Source: Octopus sinensis
Taxonomy: Eukaryota
Direction of reading: 5' to 3'
NCBI RefSeq assembly: GCF_006345805.1
Contig: NW_021832607.1
Location: 1 to 64,000 of the forward strand
DNA length: 64,000 nt
Shown: positions 51,595 through 64,000 of the stretch, one piece after another
How the letters are laid out: each line of letters opens with the position of its first letter
Numbering within the stretch: position 1 is the first letter of the stretch
The notes under the pieces: model-generated
What the model was told of the DNA's origin: nothing
Database searches by the model: none
The model's input: the letters and a program-made list of their open reading frames with translations, nothing else
Made by a program: the position numbers and the translations under genes

Positions 51595-52340
51595 CACACA
51601 GACACAATCGCGCGTAGTTAGAATCACGCATAAGTTGCCCGATAAATAACAAAGCGTGTTCTTGATCTCCTGCTTGTTTAGCCCTTGGTCAGGCTTCACC
51701 CCAATTTGTCATGCAGACCATTCCATATGTAACAAACCCCGATTTTGTTTTCCATATCCAACACTACATTGTATCTACTTTGGTTTTAATGTCCTTTAAT
51801 AATATTAAAGCAAATGCTATTATAAAGAAAAATATTAACACAGACTTTCGAAGTCCTGCAGTCGTATTTACCTATAATAACCATAAAATTCGAATCGCTT
51901 ATTTCAGTTCCACCCTTGACATCGATTGTACTTTCTGCACATTGCTATTTCTAAATATTATTTACATTTAATTTTGTTAAGGCTTGCAGATTTATATTTT
52001 GTTCTTTATTTCATGGTTCTCGGCAGAAATAACATGAAACCACATCTGATCTTTCACTAATAGTTAACAAATTTAAGCCAAAACGAAGACATACTATTAT
52101 AAAGCAAAAAGATCGGAGTAATAAAATATGGTTTATTCTATCAAACATCACAAATAGAAGAGTTGACTAAAACCAACAAAAGAACCCTGAAGCCAGCAAA
52201 AATATCTGTGTGAAACCTAAAATTTGCTCCTATGTTCTTTGAATACCATTGTTTTGAATACCATTGTTTTTAGTTTTTCGTAAATAGCTTTTGGTAACAG
52301 GAAAAATAAATACATAAATACAATTTAAAAACAATCTTAC

Positions 52341-52376
52341 CGTTTAAGTTGGAAATTGCAAAAACATTAAGTACTT
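52341..52376 (-). other. Candidate 36-nt symmetric microexon
   Basis: Acceptor atagtattttcag and donor GTAAGA; open only in phase 1-1 (VLNVFAISNLN). Confidence 0.3.
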
Positions 52377-52460
52377 CTGAAAATACTATTATAGAAATGA
52401 TGTCTTGCAAACAACTTGCACATGCAAGTGCTACCAGTTAAAAGCTCCGTATACAGGAAG

Positions 52461-52574
52461 CTAGCAAGTGTATGGGGAGTCATCAGGAGAGAATGCGCGC
52501 CGTTTCGGGGCCTTCCTCTCGACGGCATCAATGCGCACCGGCCCCCCTCACTGATATGAGGCCCCGCTTGCTAG
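52461..52574. other. GC-rich multi-stem structured island containing hammerhead sub-motifs
   Basis: Outer inverted repeat ctagcaag/cttgctag; three crossing internal helices; the minus strand has GUC, GAAA and CUGAUGA in stem-correct registers. Confidence 0.45.
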
Positions 52575-54995
52575 ATCAGCTGGTTATGAAGAACTCAATA
52601 TACTTCTAGCCATCACTCATCATCTCTTTTGGGGTCCTTGCGAGAAAATGGGAAATACAATAGTGTGGGGCTGTTGCTAGATAATAAAATCCACAAATAT
52701 ATTTAGTCCAAGAATCGCCTTCCTACCTATCTACGTACGTGCATACATATATGAGACATGATGTTTTAGTCAAGACAAAGTATAATGTGATCCATCGGAT
52801 GGATAAACCTCTGCGATCAATAATTCCATTCATCGTTTCGCAGTCGATAAGTCAAATTCTAACGTGGATCGCTCAAAAAGTTTGAGCATCGAAAATGATG
52901 CCTTGTTCTGTTTCTCTTTCGGGTTATAAGTATTATCAACTGAAGTCGCGAAGAGATCTCCTTGGGGAGCAGATTTAATTCATTGCCAGATTGAGAATTA
53001 CTATCTTTTCCTTGTCTGTCATTTACCTTGTCCATCTCATGCAAGAATTATAACAATTGTCTAATCTTCGGAATCCCTTGTTCCCACAATCTCATCACAC
53101 TCACAGACACCGGGAAGGCTCACACACAATTTTATTCTGGTTGAGCACTAAAAAATATCCAGCAAATTGAAAAAGATGTCTTCTGTGTCTTTGGACAAGA
53201 GAAAAGAAAAAAAAATTACCTTGTTGTACACCAGATGTTAAAATATAAGCCACAGGTGTATATTATTAAGAGATGAACATCACAGCATTATCATTCATTT
53301 TAGTATACTAATCATTTAAAATACATTCTATTTGTTATTGTCGAATGTTTAACAAGTCTTACTTTAAGTTGATGACTTAAGTTATTTAAATTGATGGCTT
53401 AAGTGAAGCGATCGTCTAATATTTTCTTTAATATATTTTGGCAACTTGAGCAATTTATTCGTCTTGTTTAATTTAAATATAGCCTCAGCTAAATTTTAAA
53501 AGTGCCAATGTTAACAACCTGGCATTATTGTTTTCAATATACATCATAGTTTTGCAAAGAAAATAGAATTTTGAAAATTTTCCAGATTTGGGCCTATGTT
53601 TTAAACTTTTATTTTTGTGTTTCGTTTCAAATTTTTTTTCGTATCAATATTCCGGTTGGTTTAGACAGTTGACAACTTTCGTTGTTATTGTCTCTTTAAG
53701 ACTGCCAAAAACTGAAAAGAAAGCATAAAAGAATATACTTCCACAAATTTAATATGAGTAACAGAATAAAAAATATAACTTCTACATCGAGTAACTGGAG
53801 AAATTTGCCAGAACTAAAAAGAAAAATAACAATATTTCTACGAAGAGAGGAGATGATTATAGCTCATAGTGTCGGCCCTCAATATGTATTAGGCTAGTTA
53901 TTTTTCCTTTGTGAGGGTAATTAATGTTAGAAAAGTAATTAATTGTGGGAATTAATTCTGCATTTTAACGATTACATTTCTGTAACAATTATTTCTGGAT
54001 AAGTAAATAAATATATATTACAAAGTATGTATAATAATTTAAGTAATTTCAATGAATAAGTAGGAAATTGGGAGGTATTTCGAGAGGTCTTCCGGGATAC
54101 TCAGGTACTGACATCATATTATATTACATCTGTTGCACAGGAGAAAATAGCATCGGATAATGTAGCTGTTTGAAAATAAAAAAATAAAAAAAATCCCATG
54201 TAGTTGTCGGGAGAAGAAATTTCGTATAGGAAACATTACAAAAGAAACCTATTTTAAAACCGACCACAAACAAAAAGAAAAGAAAAGAAACAGAACAAGC
54301 AAATACAAAAAAGCAACAAATGCTTACAACAGCTGAGTTTGAATTGCTATGATTAACGAAGACATAAGTATGTGTGTGTGTGAGGGTGGTGTATGTATAT
54401 AGGTACTGAGTTTGAAAGTGTAAAGTAGATTCGCAACGAATCCGGGCTCGGAGCAATGTAAATGGCGGATTCTAGTTGCTCTATCAGGATAAGGTAATCT
54501 CAAAGATCAGAAAATGTCGAGATGAGCCATGATGTTTGAGCGGATAATTAAGGAAGAGGCAGGAGCAAATGATTGATAAATGACACGAATTCATTTATAC
54601 GAGATGTTGCACGTACATGCAAAGGATAAATAATATTTACATTTATTTCATAATTTGGTGAATTTCTGATAATTTTAATATACATATTAAGCACATGGGT
54701 GTACAAAATAACGCAATAAACAATACGCATGTTATTAAATATTTTATCAAAAAGAATAAAGTTATATATATATTTGAGTATAACACCCAAATGTTCTCTT
54801 CAGGAAGTTTAATGCCAAATTAGAATGTAGAGAAAATATTCACAATGAATACTTGCGTAAACAGAATACAGGCTGGAAGAGACACACAGGTAATAGAGCG
54901 GTATATCTGTGAAAATGGGATGTCAGTCTTACTTTCATTTTTGCGTATTTTAGAAACAGTTTATTCACCGCACCTTATCTCTCTCTCTCTCTCTC

Positions 54996-55035
<40 letters not shown>

Positions 55036-55038
<3 letters not shown>

Positions 55039-55210
55039 AGGGTTCACGAAAAAAACTAAAAACGAAGGCAGGTGGTGTATAAAACAAAACAGATGTATTA
55101 TTATAACGCTCACGAATTGAAAAAAAGAAGTCTTTTACGTTTTGAGCCTACGCGCTTCTACCGAAAGGGACACAGAAAGAATAAGGAGAGAAACTAGGAG
55201 AGAAGAAGAC
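55036..55210 (-). mobile_element. Family P2 element, degenerate hammerhead at 55131-55168
   Basis: Minus strand: CCTTT-CGGTAGA-A-GCGC-gtag-GCTC-AAAA-C-GT-A-AAAGA; lies between (TA)n and (TATC)n. Confidence 0.75.
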
Positions 55211-55214
55211 TATC

Positions 55215-55480
<266 letters not shown>

Positions 55481-56090
55481 ATACATATATATATAGGCAC
55501 ACACATATATATGCATTTATATGCCTTCATATCTATCTATATACATAGATATATGTAGATTTATATACATATATATATATATGTGTGTGTATGTATCTCT
55601 TACATAATGTAATTATGCATGTGAGGGTATGTGTGGTCGGATATAATTTCGTGCGCATGAATGTGTTAACATGATTAAGAAAATAAAACTAGAATATATA
55701 ATAAAACGCGCATATATGAATAAACATAAAACTGTATTAACGATACAAACCACAGATCTCCGACTTGAGACCGAAGAACACAACATATCCACGTCGGTTT
55801 ACTCTTTCCTCTGTACTGGCATTTTGATCTGGCCAGTTGCCAACGTCTTCCAACTCGGAGTCAATAGTTGAGATGATATGATGGGAATATCGCGTGAGAC
55901 CCTAATAACATGTGGATTTCGCTTTGCGTTATAATAATACACGGTAGGCTGAAGTCATACGAGCTTTCAGTATAATTTATACACCGAAATGTTATGTTTT
56001 TATTTGAATTTCGATTGCAAATAAACACTTTCGTTGCAGAGACCACCATTTTGTATATTTGATAGCATGTTTTCTTTCTTTCCTTTTTAG

Positions 56091-56116
56091 AGTTTATGCG
56101 GTGTTTGTGCGTCAGA
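56091..56116 (+). other. Candidate 26-nt microexon
   Basis: Polypyrimidine tract ending tcctttttag, then 26 nt, then GTAAGT. Confidence 0.3.
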
Positions 56117-56332
56117 GTAAGTAAGGCGGATGCGTCGAAGTTAAGGTTCTACGTTCGGAATTGTATGCGTGTGTGATTGACATAGAAGTGAAATTATAGA
56201 ACTTTTTCACACAAAACAACACCAACACACAAACACATACACAAAACCACACTTACATGCAACACACGTATATATAAACATTTTAAGCTGAGCATATATA
56301 CATACATGGTATATATATATATATATATATAT

Positions 56333-56371
<39 letters not shown>

Positions 56372-56453
56372 TATATATATATATATAATATATAATATAT
56401 ATAATATATATAATATATATATATATATATGTATATATTATATATATGTATAT

Positions 56454-56487
<34 letters not shown>

Positions 56488-56732
56488 ATCAGCCAACGTG
56501 TATATACTTGTGAGAATATGTGTCTATGTGTATATATATATATATATATTATATATATATATATTGAGAGAGAGAGAAAGAAACCTGCTATACTTCATAT
56601 ATAAATATATGAGTATGCATGTGTCAGGATGATTGAATATAAACGCCAGTGTTTATGTATATACGTAATTCGAAATGCGGTTTTAAGTTAATAGATATGT
56701 GTATATATGCAAGCGTGTAAAAGTTTAAATGA

Positions 56733-56801
<69 letters not shown>

Positions 56802-56860
56802 CATACATACATACATATATATATATAATATATATTTTTATATCCATATATAAATACATG

Positions 56861-56892
<32 letters not shown>

Positions 56893-57198
56893 GACATATA
56901 CGTATACATATATTTGTGTAGATATTCATATATATCTACGTATATGTCTGCGCACGCGCATCTCTACTAGTATAAACTGGTTACATAGTAATTTGGTTGC
57001 CAGGAAAACTGTTTATATATACACAAAGGAATGATACTGAAATAAGGCTGTATAAAATTTGAAAATAACAATGGAGTGTATAATTTATAAAATTATTTAT
57101 GTTAGGTGTATATAATATTGGAATAGCTTTTATTAATGTACACGAACACTTAAGTGTGTATATATACGTATATACATGTGTGCCTGTATGTATTCAAG

Positions 57199-57230
<32 letters not shown>

Positions 57231-57299
57231 TCATTTGCATAATTTTATACTCACATATAAATATACATACAAACACACACAGACACACAGACACACACA

Positions 57300-57370
<71 letters not shown>

Positions 57371-58699
57371 GAATACACACGCTCGTGTGTGGTTGTGAAT
57401 ATCTAAGTATATCTTTATAGTAAATATGTAACTTTTGACAATGCAACTGTAGGCATGCAATTATAGATTGAAATATAGATGCATTTGTAGATAACTTCAC
57501 GATTATATTTATATATAAGTATGGAATGTTACTATCTCAAATTCAAACAGTTTCTCTCATACCCCCTCTCTCTCTCTCTCACACACACGCACACACACAC
57601 AGAGCCACACATACACACACACAAACACATAAAGAAGCACATCAGTGCGTTGACATCTACATATCCTGTCCTGTTATTATACACTCTTGAATATCTAAAT
57701 ATTCCCCTGTATCTAACTCTCTAGCTTTCTGCTTTTGTCTCTATATATCTCTCTCTTTCTCTGCCTCTGTTTCTATCACTCTCTCTATCTCTATCTGTCT
57801 GTTTGCCTGTCTGTCTGTCTGTCTGTCTCTCTCAATCTATATATCTATCTGTCTATCTATCTATCTACTTGTACTTCTGTCTATATCTCCATCCATTTAT
57901 GTATATTTCTCTCTCTTTCTCTCCCTCTCTCTACCTTTCTATACACATACATAAACCCTTTGACCTGCGCTTCTCCAGATGTGCAATTTCCTAACACCAA
58001 ACATGGATATGTCTTCCTGTAAAATAATGAATATCTCGAACGACATTACTCGATATTTGATACACATGTCCGTTTGGTGCTTATGCAGTAACCGATTATA
58101 GAAAACAGTGGACATATTTGAATTTTAAATAAACGCCTGTTCTAGAGGCATTCTACCAAAAATGCGAGTCTAGGATCGCTGATAGTGTCTGATTCATTCA
58201 CTCTTTTTCTTTCCTTCTGTCTTTCTTTCTCCTTTCCGCTCTTCTCCTTCTCTCTATCTCTCTCTCACTCTCGCCCTAAACGAGTCATGATACGAATATG
58301 TTTACATTGGGGTTACATTAAGTAAATGCAAATGTAGATGCTATTACCATTGTTGCAGATTTCGGGATAGAATGAAAGCTAAGTTTACATCCTTAGTTAG
58401 TTTCCCTCTGTTTGCTCAACGATAATGGAATGGAGGGGGAAAAAACAGCTTGGCACGTGAAATGCAAGGCAAAACTGAACAAATGTAATAACGGTTTTGT
58501 AATTTGTGCGTATCGAAAGCCTATGAAATAATTAAGAGCAATTTGACTATTATCAACCAAAGGCGTTACGTAATAAATACATAAGCCACATTTGTATTGC
58601 ATGCCGTTCCTATACAATGCTGAAATTTAATGTAAGAGCTTCATCTAAATACTCGAATAACAAAACTGGAAACAAGTGATAATCATATCCTCTTTCACA

Positions 58700-58870
58700 T
58701 GGCTGTCTGTTGGAACGGACTCTACTGCACAAGCACGCCTAAAAGTTGTCGGGTTCAACTTTATCTTTCATCCTTTTCACGTTGATAATATAAAGAGCAG
58801 TTGATGACGTGGGGTGGGGTCCTATCTGATAAACTTTTCGCTGCCCCCATACTAACTGGTGTCGTGTGAA
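58700..58870 (+). mobile_element. SINE family A, degenerate
   Basis: gggttcaactttatctttcatccttttcacgttgataatataaag...ggggtcctatctgat. Confidence 0.45.
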
Positions 58871-59469
58871 ATTATGGAACTAGTATATCAACCAGTTGGC
58901 TATAAATATTTCAGATAAATCTGTTTATTAGTATCCATCACGTACTGTTAATGTCTCTTATAAATTTAGTGACGTCCAACCACGCGCGTATAATTTAGTG
59001 CTTGAATAACAGAAGGTGTGGCCCTTGAGATTCATCGTAAATTTATTTCCAGTTCATTACTACATCGTATCTTACCTTTTCGTTCATTACCAAACCTTAT
59101 TTATTCAATTACTATTTATTTCTGTATTTAGCCATACAGTTTTGTTTAGACATGTTTGTTTATTTACTATCCGTTTCGCTGAATGATTCCATTCACAATT
59201 TATATAATTGCAAATCACGTGTAAATATCGTAACTCGTACAAGCGTTAATACAGTAGCCTAATTTAGTCTTCATCAATACAAATGTGTGAATATTTTCTC
59301 CCCATAGCTTTTTTATGTGTTTTTGTTATGTTTGGGATGCATGTGTTTGTATGTTCTAGGAATTGAGACAAATGAATATGATTACAGACTATTTTCGTTA
59401 ATTAACTAATTATTAATCTCCTAATATTTACATCATTAGATCGCAATTAACGCTTTGTGCTATGATTCA

Positions 59470-59510
<41 letters not shown>

Positions 59511-59639
59511 ATATATTTATATGTATAATCTGTATATATATATACATATATACGTATATATATATATACACACATCTATATATATGCATACAGATATATG
59601 TATATACGTATATATGTTTATAATATATGCGTGCGTGTG

Positions 59640-59693
<54 letters not shown>

Positions 59694-59849
59694 GATGTGA
59701 CTATGGTTCTTGATACATGAAGTTATGAAACTGCATGTTTGTTAATGTGATTGTGCTTCAGTCACAAATTGCGAATATATGCTTATGTTGATTCTACAGA
59801 AATATTTTTCAAAAAACGTTGCCGTTCCACAAAATCAGCACGCATTTCC

Positions 59850-59973
59850 AACAGCTTATATGTTGGTTCGGTCCCAATTTGTGACACCTTGGGCAAATAT
59901 CTCCTAATATAACCCCGGGGCTATCAAAGACTTGTGTGGTTATGATAAGAGGAAACTATATACATATATATAT

Positions 59974-60004
<31 letters not shown>

Positions 60005-60006
60005 TG

Positions 60007-60058
<52 letters not shown>

Positions 60059-60070
60059 TGTGTGTGTGAG
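59850..60070 (+). mobile_element. SINE family B head plus internal microsatellite, degenerate
   Basis: atgttggttcggtccca...gacaccttgggcaaatatctcc..tataaccccgggg..caaagacttgtg. Confidence 0.55.
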
Positions 60071-60172
60071 CGTGTATGTGGTGTAGAAGGTTGAAAAGGA
60101 ACACACGAGTTTATATATATCGGAAAAATAGTCAAGATAGAAAATGCTAAAATAATTTCATATGAAACACTT

Positions 60173-60208
60173 CAGTACCGGTTTCAGCCATTAAGACTTT
60201 TTCAACTT
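60173..60208 (-). ncRNA. Degenerate or variant minimal hammerhead motif
   Basis: Minus strand: AG-TTGAAAA-AGTC-ttaat-GGCT-GAAA-CCGG-T-A-CT; stem III is the palindrome ACCGGT. Confidence 0.4.
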
Positions 60209-60851
60209 TAAGTATGGAAAACAATTAAATTTAGAAAACTTAAGAGTTTTTTTTAAAGGAATATTTGTATAGTGTTCAAATACAAGAGGCATTTGCCTTG
60301 TTTCTGACTGCCTCTCTTTCTCTCGTTTACTCTTGTGGGTTCGAGAGGTCGTTGCGAATTCTTGAGTAAACAAAAGAAGCAGACACAATTCGTTACTTTA
60401 CTTCATGTAAAACCGGAATCAATCGCACAAAACATGCAGATTCCATAAACACACGCGATATTTTGTTATATTATTCCATACGTATCTGTTATAACCATTG
60501 CATTTGAATATGCGTGCAAAACAGCTGCACGTATATGCATACAAACACATCTGTAGGAATGATATGACAGATAAAAGAAATGATGCAATGAACTTTAATA
60601 CCTTACAGCTGTTTCTGTAATAGGATGCGGGGCACTCAGGTCTCAGAGTTTGTGCATCAAAATATAGCAACATCTAGGCTTTTAAATTTTGTTTGAAAAA
60701 GCATTTGGATATCTAGAATGGATCACCGTCAATAAAACACGTATATTACATATATGCATTAGTACAGGCATTTACATATATCCATATCTGGAAGTATACA
60801 CACACACACACACAAACACCCACACACACATATATATACATATGATTTTCT

Positions 60852-60914
60852 TAATAACTGACGAGATACCGGAGCAGATTTCCTCTCCGACTTCCGAAAC
60901 TCGGAGCTTTATTA
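60852..60914 (+). ncRNA. Type I hammerhead motif with extended stem II, U16.1 changed to C
   Basis: TAATAA-CTGACGA-[gatac CGGAG cagatttcct CTCCG acttcc]-GAAA-CTCGGAG-C-T-TTATTA. Confidence 0.6.
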
Positions 60915-61017
60915 GGCCAACTGAATAATTGTCACATATATATTTACAGATAAATTCCTCTATTTACATAACATCGAGGTCTCATTCATTATTTTTTGTC
61001 ATACCATTACTATTAAT

Positions 61018-61054
<37 letters not shown>

Positions 61055-61090
61055 CTTCCACGTGTGAATCAGTGTGTTTGTGTCTGTATA

Positions 61091-61151
<61 letters not shown>

Positions 61152-61198
61152 TATATATATATAATATATATATATAATGATATCATTATATATATATA

Positions 61199-61238
<40 letters not shown>

Positions 61239-62418
61239 TATATATATATATATATAATGATATATGTATATATAAATATATATATATTTATATATACACA
61301 CATATAGATGCATAGATATAAACACACAAACACAAACTCTAACATTTAACACATACACACATAGACACACACATGGAAATAATCAATACAAACAATTTGC
61401 GTCTTTGCAATCTGATGCCTTCGTAGATCGCAAAGAAGACTGTATCAATCTTAAACACTGCCTTCCATATATATTTTTCTTCTGCCTCAGTGTGTTTCTC
61501 TCTTACATGAAGTGTTCGACTTTCATTGTGTAGAAAGAAAATATTTAATAAATTAAAACTTCGCATTCCGTATCACTGCGACCTCATCCGTTTTTGGCAT
61601 ATGACAAGCTCATGAATATTATTTGGCAAACATTAATTTTTCTTCCTTATTATGCAAAGATAGATACTTTATACTTTATGGCATAACGTAATTTTTCCTC
61701 TCATGATTGACGTAAGACTTAGAACACCATGGAACGTTGTTGTTATCTTATACTGAAGCAAAGTTTTGCGGAAAAGAAATAAAAATGAAAAATTAAATGA
61801 AATAAACAATAAAATACCCAAATAAAATAAATTGAATCTTTGGAATATGTGACACAGAATTGATTAATTCCCAGATATACATGATTTTTATATCTCTTGG
61901 AAAATACCACAACCTGTGGGATGAAGCAATCTTTGCTATCAAGGATTTTAACATACCCAGCTTTAACGAATGTCTTCTAACGTATATATATATAAATACA
62001 TACACACACATTTATATATATGATATATGAATGTGTGTATACTTGTGTGTTTGTGTTCAGATACATCCTATTTGACACAATTCCGTTGTATTATCATTCA
62101 TACTAAGAGCAGATGCACAATTGTTATTCTTAAAGTTGCTTCAGAATAGATTATTAATATTATTTTACATGAATGTAGAAACACACAGACGTACGTATGC
62201 CTATATATATATATATATATATTAATCTTTGTATATATGTCTTTGTATAAGTATATACGTGTGTGTATTACTACACGAGTTTCTGAGACGTTATTAATCG
62301 AACGTCTATAGTTTATTAAGATATATGCGTCTAGTATTTATCGAGTCTTGTAGTAATACGTACCCTCCCTGCAAGTAACAAAACGTTTGGAACGCATTAA
62401 TTATGCGTATATTTAAGG

Positions 62419-62810
62419 TATGGATGGAAGCACTCCGTCGGTTACGACGACGAGGGTTCCGGTTGATCAGAATCAACGGAACAGCCCGCTCGTGAAATTA
62501 ACGTGTAAGTGGCTGAGCACTCCACAGACACGTGTACCCTTAACGCAGTTCTCGGGGATATTCAGCGTGACACAGAGAGTGACAAGGCCTGCCCTTTGAA
62601 ATACAGGCACAACGGAAACAGGAAGTAAGAGTGAGAGAAAGTTGTGGTGAAAGAGTACAGCAGGGATCACCACCATGCCCTGTCGGAGCCTCGTAGTGCT
62701 GTAGGTGTTTTCGCTCAATAAACACTCACAACGCCCGGTCTGGGAATCGAAACCGCGATCCTACGAACGCGAGTCCGCTGCCCTAACCACTGGGCCATTG
62801 CGCCTCCACA
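62419..62810 (-). mobile_element. tRNA-derived SINE family C, full length with TSD
   Basis: Reverse complement is collinear with 14584-14977; flanks atttaaggtat / atttaaagtat. Confidence 0.9.
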
Positions 62811-63139
62811 TTTAAAGTATATATGATTCATCTGATAAGATCAAATCTCTGGTTTGAAAATTATACACACTCTAACTGATATCACGAGACTGTAACACGA
62901 TCATTCACATTGAAGATGAAACGAAGAAGAACAACAACAACATAGCTAAAATTGGCAAAGGAATTACTTTTCGTATTTAATCAAAGAATATCTTTGAAAT
63001 CGAGCAGAGGGTGTTGCCATGTTGATATCGCATATACGGGGTGACTAAGAAGGGTTGCCGCTAGAGCAGCGAAATCCTGCAGGCATCAATAGCCAACATT
63101 CTTATAAATAGCAGCATTGTTTCTTTCCAGGTAAAATGA

Positions 63140-63900
63140 TACATGAGGGTTCAAAGAAGACTTCAGATGTAGCTAGTTGTGACGTCTCTTGAAACTGGAC
63201 AAAATTTGGCATCGTGGTGTTATCAAGTCCTTGTAGAAAAGGCCTTGCAGATAATGTGTTAACCCCCACAGATATTCATACTGTCATAGTTTCTTCATTA
63301 AGGGTTTTTGGTCTAGATTAATTAACCGTGTTAATGAGGGTAACGGAGGGGAAGTTCGATTCAAATAAGTCTTGCGACTGCCACAACCGAAAGAGACATT
63401 GATACTGTTCACCACCGTCAATTGACTATAAATCAAATATCCAATGCCACTGGCCTATCCCGTGAGAGAGTTTAGTATGTTCTTTACAATGAAGATGATA
63501 TGGCGAAGGTTTCTGCTCGGTGGCATCACATGAACATCTGACATAGCTTCAGGCAGATCCAGTCGGCTTCTCTGAACGGTTCCTAACCCGGGATAAGTGC
63601 TTGTTTTATCGCTTTGAGCCAGAGACCAAGGGGTAATCCATGCAATGGAAGCGCATCTCTTCACCTGCTCCAAAGAAGTCCAACGCTTTTATATGAATAT
63701 ATGAACATTCCAGATACATGTATGTGTGTCTGAATATCTATCGATCTGGCTGGACAGGTCTTGATGCCAAAATCAATGTCGAATACGAGCCATTCGCACC
63801 ATTAGGTGGGGCATCGTAAGTGAAAGGACCGGAGGACTGTTATGCCTTTGAGAGGAAGGCTCCGAAGAAGGCATAGATTTCTTCTTGATAACGTCCGAAA
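63140..63900 (+). mobile_element. Decayed mariner transposon fragment
   Basis: KIWHRGVIK, TPTDIH, QLTINQISNATGLSRERV, KVSARW and ERFLTRDKCLFYRFEPETKG*SMQWKR; possibly FLLDN further on (weak). Confidence 0.75.
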
Positions 63901-63968
63901 CCTAGAGTCATCAGATCTGCAGTTTCCTACTGCTTGCACTTGAACAAAATAGTTGGTTTCAAGTTTTC

Positions 63969-64000
<32 letters not shown>

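Noticed and set aside
52461-52574. Reading the structured island as an HDV-like, twister or pistol ribozyme
   Set aside because: I tried these on both strands, and the P3/L3 and J4/2 (or equivalent) conserved motifs could not be placed.
55803-55901. 99-nt minus-strand open segment (GLTRYSHHIISTIDSELEDVGNWPDQNASTEER) between AG and GTAAAC
   Set aside because: It lacks a polypyrimidine tract, has a weak donor and shows no recognisable homology.

Overview
AT-rich eukaryotic, almost certainly animal, genomic DNA. The repeat families and extreme microsatellite load resemble what I recall of octopus (coleoid cephalopod) genomes; this is an inference and was not checked. I found no intact protein-coding gene, rRNA, true tRNA or CRISPR array. 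Nearly all ORFs in the supplied track are translations of (TA)n, (CA)n and triplet microsatellites. The window is intergenic or intronic and holds four tRNA-derived SINE families (A-D, over 20 copies), three decayed R4/Dong-type RLE LINE pieces, two decayed CR1/L2-like LINE pieces, three Tc1/mariner fragments, a pogo/Tigger-like MITE family, a hAT MITE, a probable Penelope GIY-YIG remnant and a possible Academ remnant. The most notable hidden signal is about ten minimal type I hammerhead-ribozyme motifs from several different short non-coding element families, most of them sitting in or beside (TA)n tracts. One family has a consistent non-canonical core (U at position 6 in three of three copies). 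There is also a GC-rich 115-nt structure containing hammerhead parts in a permuted order. A few isolated candidate exons and cis-regulatory islands are reported at low confidence. Boundaries of degenerate elements are approximate (tens of bp).
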